DNA from: Spirochaetota bacterium
GTDB taxonomy: Bacteria; Spirochaetota; UBA4802; UBA5550
NCBI GenBank assembly: GCA_017999915.1
Contig: JAGNKX010000001.1
Coordinates: forward strand, 691,440-755,439
Direction of reading: 5' to 3'
Length of the DNA stretch: 64,000 bases
Below the pieces are notes generated by a model, which saw nothing but the letters and a program-made list of their open reading frames with translations, was not told the DNA's origin and ran no database searches. Both the position numbers and the translations under genes were made by a program. This document shows positions 58,910 through 64,000 of this stretch, piece after piece (the stretch's first letter is position 1; each line of letters starts with the position of its first letter).

Positions 58910-59040
58910 TTAATTTGAACTGTGCCATGTCACACACAAGGCCCATGGAGCACCATGGGCCTTGTTGCCTATTCAACTTCCCGGCGCAAACACTTTCCTC
59001 TGTCATTGCATTGTTTAAACCGATTGTGCAACCGCTGATC

Positions 59041-59631
59041 CTATGTCAATGCCCGAAGGATACGGTCAGGCAGGTCTTTTTCCGCCCTTGCGATATCGAC
59101 AGCGGGATCACCGTCCAGCCAGCGCCGCGCCGTTTCTGCAGCCGGACCGATGATGATCATTTCGTACATGAATTCAGGGAGCTTTACAAATTGCCCCGTA
59201 TCGGCCAGGGAATGGATTGCGGCTGCGATTGTTATCATGGATAAATTTCTTGCGGCTGCGATTTCGTCGGCATACTGGCGGACATAAGGCTGGAACGTGG
59301 ACGCATGGATAAATCTTGCCTCGTCCGGATTCTTTCTTGTCCATGATAGATACGCCTTCACCAGGGACCGGATGACCAATTCCGGGGTATTTTGCCGTTG
59401 GACCGCCTTGGCGATGGTTTTGAGCAGGCCTGAGAGGGACCGTATATAGAGAGCCGCGGCAACGCCGTTCATGCATCCATAATGATGGTAGATGGATCCG
59501 GCAGTGGCTCCGGAACGTTCGCTCAGGTCCACCACGGGGATGCGGGTCGTGCCTGTTTCGCGGAAGATATCCATGGCGGTATCCAGGATTTTTGCCGCGG
59601 TTTCGTTTCCCCGTTCCTGTTTCCAGCCCAT
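59041..59631 (-). CDS. TetR/AcrR family transcriptional regulator.
   Basis: N-terminal HTH AAKILDTAMDIFRETGTTRIPVVDLSERSGATAGSIYHHY. Confidence 0.8.
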   Translation of the reverse strand: MGWKQERGNETAAKILDTAMDIFRETGTTRIPVVDLSERSGATAGSIYHHYGCMNGVAAALYIRSLSGLLKTIAKAVQRQNTPELVIRSLVKAYLSWTRKNPDEARFIHASTFQPYVRQYADEIAAARNLSMITIAAAIHSLADTGQFVKLPEFMYEMIIIGPAAETARRWLDGDPAVDIARAEKDLPDRILRALT

Positions 59632-59634
59632 CGG

Positions 59635-60462
59635 TTATCTGCCGAATCCAAGTTTCATGGCCTGTTCCCGGAGTCCTTCATTGAAAGCGCCATCGAGGGC
59701 GATGGGCGCAAGATCCTTTTCCCTGAATCGATCAAAATATTTGCCGGTGACCCCGCTGAATTTCGCATTGTCCGCCAGCCTTAACGGCGCCCTGGCGCCT
59801 TCCTCGGGTGTAAGCTGCAGCAGTTTTGCGCAGCGCAAGAACAAGCCCAGGGCCCCGCCGGTGTCTCCCAGGCCGGTCCGTACAACGCCGGGATGGACCG
59901 CGTTAAAGGTTACGCCCTTCCCCTCCCAGAGCCGGGCGAATTGCATCGTGCATATCAGATTAAAGAGTTTTGTCGTGGCATAGGTTCTCAAAATGCTGAA
60001 GTTTGTGCCGGCGGCGGCAGCCTCGTAGTCCTTCATGCCGATCAGATAAAGCCCGGCGGAAACCTGGACCAGCCTGCAGCGGTTCGCGGTGAACAGATCC
60101 TCCAGGAGGATGTTTATGATAAAAGGTCCCAGGTGATTGGTGACAAAGGACTGTTCCAGGCCATCTTCGTTGAATTCCAGTTTCAGGGGCCACATACCGG
60201 CATTGTGGATGAATACCGATAGGTTTGGGCACTCTCTTTTAATCCGTTCCGCGGCATCCCTGGCGCCGGCTATTGAACCCAGATCACCCGCGATCCATTC
60301 GATGGATCCAATTCTCCTGGCAGCGGCTTCCTCGATAAAGGTCCGAGCACGCTCGCCGCTGCGGCACATAATTTTGACATGGTAGCCTCTTTCAGCCATT
60401 GCCAAGGCAATGGCCGCTCCTATCCCCCTGTTCCCGCCGGTCACCACCGCCACTCCTTTCAT
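59635..60462 (-). CDS. SDR-family short-chain dehydrogenase/reductase.
   Basis: TGGNRGIG cofactor motif. I place the start at 60462 (MKGVAVVTGG) after GGAGGGG. The ORF-track start at 60486 falls inside the operator palindrome. Confidence 0.85.
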   Translation of the reverse strand: MKGVAVVTGGNRGIGAAIALAMAERGYHVKIMCRSGERARTFIEEAAARRIGSIEWIAGDLGSIAGARDAAERIKRECPNLSVFIHNAGMWPLKLEFNEDGLEQSFVTNHLGPFIINILLEDLFTANRCRLVQVSAGLYLIGMKDYEAAAAGTNFSILRTYATTKLFNLICTMQFARLWEGKGVTFNAVHPGVVRTGLGDTGGALGLFLRCAKLLQLTPEEGARAPLRLADNAKFSGVTGKYFDRFREKDLAPIALDGAFNEGLREQAMKLGFGR

Positions 60463-60473
60463 GGCCCCTCCGT

Positions 60474-60507
60474 AATTAGAAAACATTATTAGAAATATTT
60501 TCTAATT
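60474..60507. promoter_or_regulatory. Inverted repeat AATTAGAAAA-N14-TTTTCTAATT upstream of the SDR-TetR operon: candidate TetR operator.
   Basis: Perfect 10-bp arms read from the sequence, with a third half-site (TTAGAAA) in the spacer. Confidence 0.4.
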
Positions 60508-60884
60508 TTATAATACTCCAGCGGGGTGTCAACTTTTTTTACAATACCGAACGCGATTGCCTTTCACCTTTTGCGTGCCGATACGAGGCGATGCGATTTG
60601 TGTTGCTTGGCACTGTTCTTCATTGGAATATGACTCATCGCGTGTTCCGCCAGGGCTGTTATGGTGTGGCTTGGATTGACGCCCAGATTCGCCGTAATCA
60701 TGGAGCCGTCGTCTTTTACGGAAAACCCTGATGCTGTCGTCCAGTGCCTGCGTGATGAGAAAAATGATGGTGCGTCTCGCCCATTTGAAGGGAATTGGAC
60801 GGTATTCAAAATCCTTTAGTGAGAGCCCCTTTTCTCCGGAGATATCTCCCGGGGCCGAAAGGAGTTATGGTATTTGAATAACGA

Positions 60885-61928
60885 TTACTGCCGTGATATC
60901 TTGTTCAGGTACGGCATGGGATCGACGAATTCGGTGCCGATGATGATCTCATAGTGGCAGATATAGCGCGCCGTCTTTCCGGTGCGTCCCACGTAGCCGA
61001 TGACCTCTCCCTTGGCGACCTGCTGGTCCGGCTCTACCGATACCCGCTGGCAGTGGGAGTAGGCGGTGGTAAAACCGTATTTATGCTTCACTGAGACAAC
61101 AAGCCCAAGGATCGGGTCCCAGCGGATTTCGCTTATCTTGCCCGGTGCCGTGGCCCGTATCTCTGAACCAGGGAATGCTTCGATATCGATCCCATTATGG
61201 TGCTCACTTTCGGCGGCGTTAACGGAATTGCGCTGTCCGAAACGGGAGATGATATAGCCGTTGACCGGCCATATTGACGGGGTGGTTTCGATTATTTTTT
61301 TTCGGTATTCCAGGAATACTTTTATTTTAGAAAGGACCTTCTTGGTCGTTTTCAGCTCCCGCTCGATTTCCTGGATGTTCAGGATCTCGATGGGCGGGGC
61401 GGTCACGCTGGTGTTTCCATTTTCGCCGCCATCACCGCTTTCAAAGGCCGGCGGGTCCGGATTGGGGACACCGCCCTTGGCCCATAATGAATCAATGTCG
61501 CTGCCGGGAGTAAGCGAATACAGGTGGGTGATTTCCGGCTTGAATTTCTGGAAGATGTCATAGAGTTCGTTGATCTCTTCCTTGTATTTTTTTATCTGGA
61601 TCTTCGAATTGGAGCCGTATTTTTTCAGCTTGGAGACTTCCTTGATGGTCGACGAGTGATTGATGATCAACACGGACGTCACCGTGACCGTCGCCGTCAC
61701 CGCTCCGGCTATAATGGCGATGGCGAATATGGATACGTGGAAGTTAATAATTCTCTTTTCGGAGTGGGGGATGAACATTATGGTGATGCGCTCATTTCCC
61801 TTGGTGACAAAGCGCTTCCACCAGTCTTTTAGCATCGCCTGTTTGGAGCTCAAATGGTCTGAGAGGAACTGCAGAATATTCTTCTGCAAATCATTCAGAT
61901 TTGTTTCTTTAAAAGGATTCAGGTTCAT
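60885..61928 (-). CDS. M23-family metallopeptidase (LytM domain) with an N-terminal TM/coiled-coil region.
   Basis: HNGIDI...(H)xH pattern: HHNGIDIEAFPGSEIRATAPG and ...HCQRV...GRTGKTARYICHYEI. Confidence 0.85.
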   Translation of the reverse strand: MNLNPFKETNLNDLQKNILQFLSDHLSSKQAMLKDWWKRFVTKGNERITIMFIPHSEKRIINFHVSIFAIAIIAGAVTATVTVTSVLIINHSSTIKEVSKLKKYGSNSKIQIKKYKEEINELYDIFQKFKPEITHLYSLTPGSDIDSLWAKGGVPNPDPPAFESGDGGENGNTSVTAPPIEILNIQEIERELKTTKKVLSKIKVFLEYRKKIIETTPSIWPVNGYIISRFGQRNSVNAAESEHHNGIDIEAFPGSEIRATAPGKISEIRWDPILGLVVSVKHKYGFTTAYSHCQRVSVEPDQQVAKGEVIGYVGRTGKTARYICHYEIIIGTEFVDPMPYLNKISRQ

Positions 61929-62686
61929 GACCAGTTTGGTTTCGTCTGCTGTATAACTTGATTAATAAAAAGGCTTATTATTGCTATATTTATCGGTTTA
62001 ATTGGAACTGAAAAATATTCAAAAAAAATTAATGGATAAAACCCTTTTGTATATAATATTTATTCGATATATTTATGTCAAGTTTTTCTTAATTATAATT
62101 AAAGTGAAGGACTTACAAAAATAATGGTTTTTACGGTATATTCATACTTCATAGTCAGTAGAAAATGGCGATGAAAAAGTTACAGGCGCTGGCCATTATG
62201 GTTACAGTTTGCCTGTTATGTCTCCCGCTGCCGTCGGTTTAAGCCCGGCCGGTGGATGCGGAGATGCCAGGTCCGCAATGATTTGGATTGCGGTGCGGAA
62301 TTATTGTTTTATCCTACCCTTGCCGTGTCCGGGTACAGGTCCTTCCTTATCGGTGATACCGGAAAGAGTGATCCGGAACCGTACACTGAATGCTCAAGGA
62401 AAAATCCGGACCAGGTGGCGGGTGTTTGTATTGTATTTGGAACGTCACCGATGAATCCCGAGACAGTCAGCGGATGATAGGGGCTTTCAATGGAGTGCCC
62501 GCAGGGTTGTGGCGTTTATTCAAGGAATGCAGGGATATAAAGCTGATGTCATTCAGGAGAGTGATTTTTTTTACGTGTAATTAATTATTGACAGGTTCAG
62601 GGTATTGGATGGAGATACTTCTTCAGGCAATAGAGAGTTTTCAGTAGGGCATGCCTGTTAAATTCATATATTTTGGAGGGATTCCT

Positions 62687-63088
62687 GTGACTTTCTGGCA
62701 AGAGTGGGGCGGTTATATATTGATCGTTATAGTGCTGGCGGTCGTTGCCGCCGGGGTAGTTGTATATAGGATTCTTAAAAACAAGGTCAAGAAGAAGATG
62801 GATGACCAGCAGGAGCTGGTCAATCAGCACAAGGTCCCGGCGTCAATACTGGTGCTGGAAAAGAGAATGGATAAGATCGCCAATGCGAACATTCCGAAAT
62901 CCGTTATTGAACAGATTCCAAAGGTCTATAAAATAAAAAAAGTTCCCATCGTAAAGGCAAAAATAGGAGCCCAGGTCATGGATCTCCTCTGCGATGAAGG
63001 TGTCTTTGAAAAGCTTCCTGAGAGGAAAACCGTACGGGTGGATCTGGCGGGTATATTCATCGCCGCCGTTAAACCGGGAAAAAAGTAG
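62687..63088 (+). CDS. Hypothetical single-pass membrane protein.
   Basis: I place the start at GTG 62687, preceded by GGAGGG. The ORF-track start at 62651 lacks an RBS. Confidence 0.5.
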   Translation: MTFWQEWGGYILIVIVLAVVAAGVVVYRILKNKVKKKMDDQQELVNQHKVPASILVLEKRMDKIANANIPKSVIEQIPKVYKIKKVPIVKAKIGAQVMDLLCDEGVFEKLPERKTVRVDLAGIFIAAVKPGKK

Positions 63089-63091
63089 GCC

Positions 63092-63415
63092 GTGGAACGT
63101 TGCATCATTGTTTATTGCACTGTTCCATCCCAAGAAGTGGGAATGAAAATAGCCGGGGATCTGGTTTCAGGGGGATACGCCGCCTGCGTCAATATTGTTC
63201 CAGGCCTTACATCGGTTTATCGATGGAAAGGGGATATCTGTAAAGATAATGAATTGCTTTTAGTTATCAAGAGCCGGGGTTCGCTCTTCGATGCGATTTC
63301 TTCACGGATAAAGGCAATGCATCCCTATGAAGTGCCTGAAATAATCTGCTATGATATAACCGGGGGGAGTGAACCCTATATACAGTGGCTTATAGATAGT
63401 ACTGCCTGTTTATAA
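63092..63415 (+). CDS. cutA: Divalent-cation tolerance protein CutA.
   Basis: 107 aa with the CutA1 pattern (…CVNIVPGLTSVYRWKG…ELLLVIKS…). Confidence 0.8.
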   Translation: MERCIIVYCTVPSQEVGMKIAGDLVSGGYAACVNIVPGLTSVYRWKGDICKDNELLLVIKSRGSLFDAISSRIKAMHPYEVPEIICYDITGGSEPYIQWLIDSTACL

Positions 63416-63730
63416 TACAAAATTGCATATAATTGTATTGAATGAACGTATTCCCCAAATGGTGTACAGAAATTTGATTCAGTGTAGAATTGCCAATTGT
63501 TTTACCGAATTATTCATTGAATTCATAAAAATTGAATTTTTTTAAAAAATTTATTGATAATTTGAAAAATTTATTTTTATTAAATATTATAAAACAGCGA
63601 TAAGTAATTTATTCAATTTTGATTCCTTTTTATTTGGAAGGAGGAGAGGTATATTTTATTTCTGATTAAAAAAGTGCAAAATTAATGTTGATTATAGCAA
63701 TTATCATAATTACATTATAAGGCGGGCGAA

Positions 63731-64000
63731 ATGAACAGAATCACTAACAGCATTATTACCAATAAGTTTGTTAGGCTCATAGAGGAGAATCATCAGGAAA
63801 TAATTGAACATTTCATGAACGATGTTCTCCGGAACAAAAAAACAGTCGCCTACCGGAAAATGGATCCCCATGAATTATATGACATAGGGATTCGGGTTTA
63901 TAGGGAATTGTCTAGATGGGTCGAAAGGGGTTTGCCTAAGGAAGAAGTGAAGGAATATTATGCCAAATTAGGCAAAATCAGGCATAATGAAGGGGTTCCG
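63731..64000 (+). CDS. Partial CDS (N-terminal 90 aa; the 3' end lies beyond the window), hypothetical.
   Basis: Open frame from ATG 63731 to the window end, after a long AT-rich intergenic region. Absent from the ORF track because no stop codon is reached. Confidence 0.4.
   Translation, partial: MNRITNSIITNKFVRLIEENHQEIIEHFMNDVLRNKKTVAYRKMDPHELYDIGIRVYRELSRWVERGLPKEEVKEYYAKLGKIRHNEGVP

Noticed and set aside
62160-62560. Possible cobalamin or TPP riboswitch in the GC-rich intergenic core (GGAAAAATCCGG…GGTGGCGGG, GGGGCTTTC…GTGCCC).
   Set aside because: The defining boxes are not present on either strand in the right order: no B12 box CCCGCCACTG after GGTGAAAATCC, and no CTGAGA/ACCTGATCTGGATAATGCC for TPP. 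I kept it only as an unassigned structured region.
1-64000. CRISPR arrays, tRNA/rRNA genes, IS elements, integrases, phage genes.
   Set aside because: No regularly spaced direct repeats with unique spacers. No transposase, integrase or phage-like ORFs. No segments resembling tRNA cloverleaf or rRNA sequences were recognised. The only sizeable repeats are the intragenic 126-nt tandem units at 42190-42850.

Overview
This window looks like a chromosomal segment from a Gram-negative (diderm) bacterium, possibly an uncultivated FCB-superphylum-like lineage. Coding regions are GC-rich, intergenic regions are AT-rich, and there are many lipoproteins and outer-membrane proteins. I found no rRNA, tRNA, CRISPR array, transposase or integrase. 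Gene content by coordinate: (i) 2-5632: the C-terminal 1072 aa of a thioester-containing alpha-2-macroglobulin (its N-terminus lies outside the window), a LapA-like small membrane protein, and an unusual secreted fusion protein combining a SpoIID/LytB domain with a PBP-like transpeptidase domain; (ii) 5656-6240: a solitary ruvA; (iii) 6434-13472: a TetR-regulated efflux system of the YbhGFSR type (outer-membrane factor, HlyD adaptor, two separate ABC ATPases flanking two ABC-2 permeases), with tandem palindromic operator candidates in the promoter; (iv) 13637-14440: an IMPase-family phosphatase; (v) 15199-21904: a cluster of two paralogous GT4 glycosyltransferases, a SAM methyltransferase, an 880-aa multidomain OmpA-family outer-membrane protein and a mannosyl-3-phosphoglycerate-phosphatase-like HAD-IIB hydrolase; (vi) 22716-24590: htpG; (vii) 24731-28993: an outer-membrane beta-barrel protein, a lipoprotein, purM and a FadR-like GntR regulator; (viii) 29178-34011: a divergent beta-oxidation operon (thiolase, FadB/J-type bifunctional enzyme, acyl-CoA dehydrogenase); (ix) 34078-41987: a GyrI-like protein, an SSS symporter, a family III CoA-transferase, an SH3b protein, a MORN-repeat protein, a VOC protein and a lipoprotein; (x) 42144-44012: a lipoprotein with a lactonase-type beta-propeller that contains about five near-identical 126-nt tandem repeats; (xi) 44506-51872: a lipoprotein, an orphan LeuB-family dehydrogenase, a zinc-ribbon polytopic membrane protein, a GHKL-ATPase-like/HDOD signalling protein and an acyl-CoA synthetase; (xii) 52101-61928: a class A PBP, an M55 D-aminopeptidase-like protein, an isolated fliM co-transcribed with a hypothetical secreted protein, a TetR+SDR pair with an operator palindrome, and an M23 peptidase; (xiii) 62687-64000: a hypothetical membrane protein, cutA and a partial CDS at the window end. 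Several bidirectional rho-independent terminators are identifiable. The most unusual things are the alpha-2-macroglobulin partnered with a SpoIID-transpeptidase fusion instead of the canonical PbpC, and the GT4/GT4/methyltransferase/outer-membrane-protein/HAD-phosphatase cluster. All functional calls come from motif recognition by eye; I could run no database searches.
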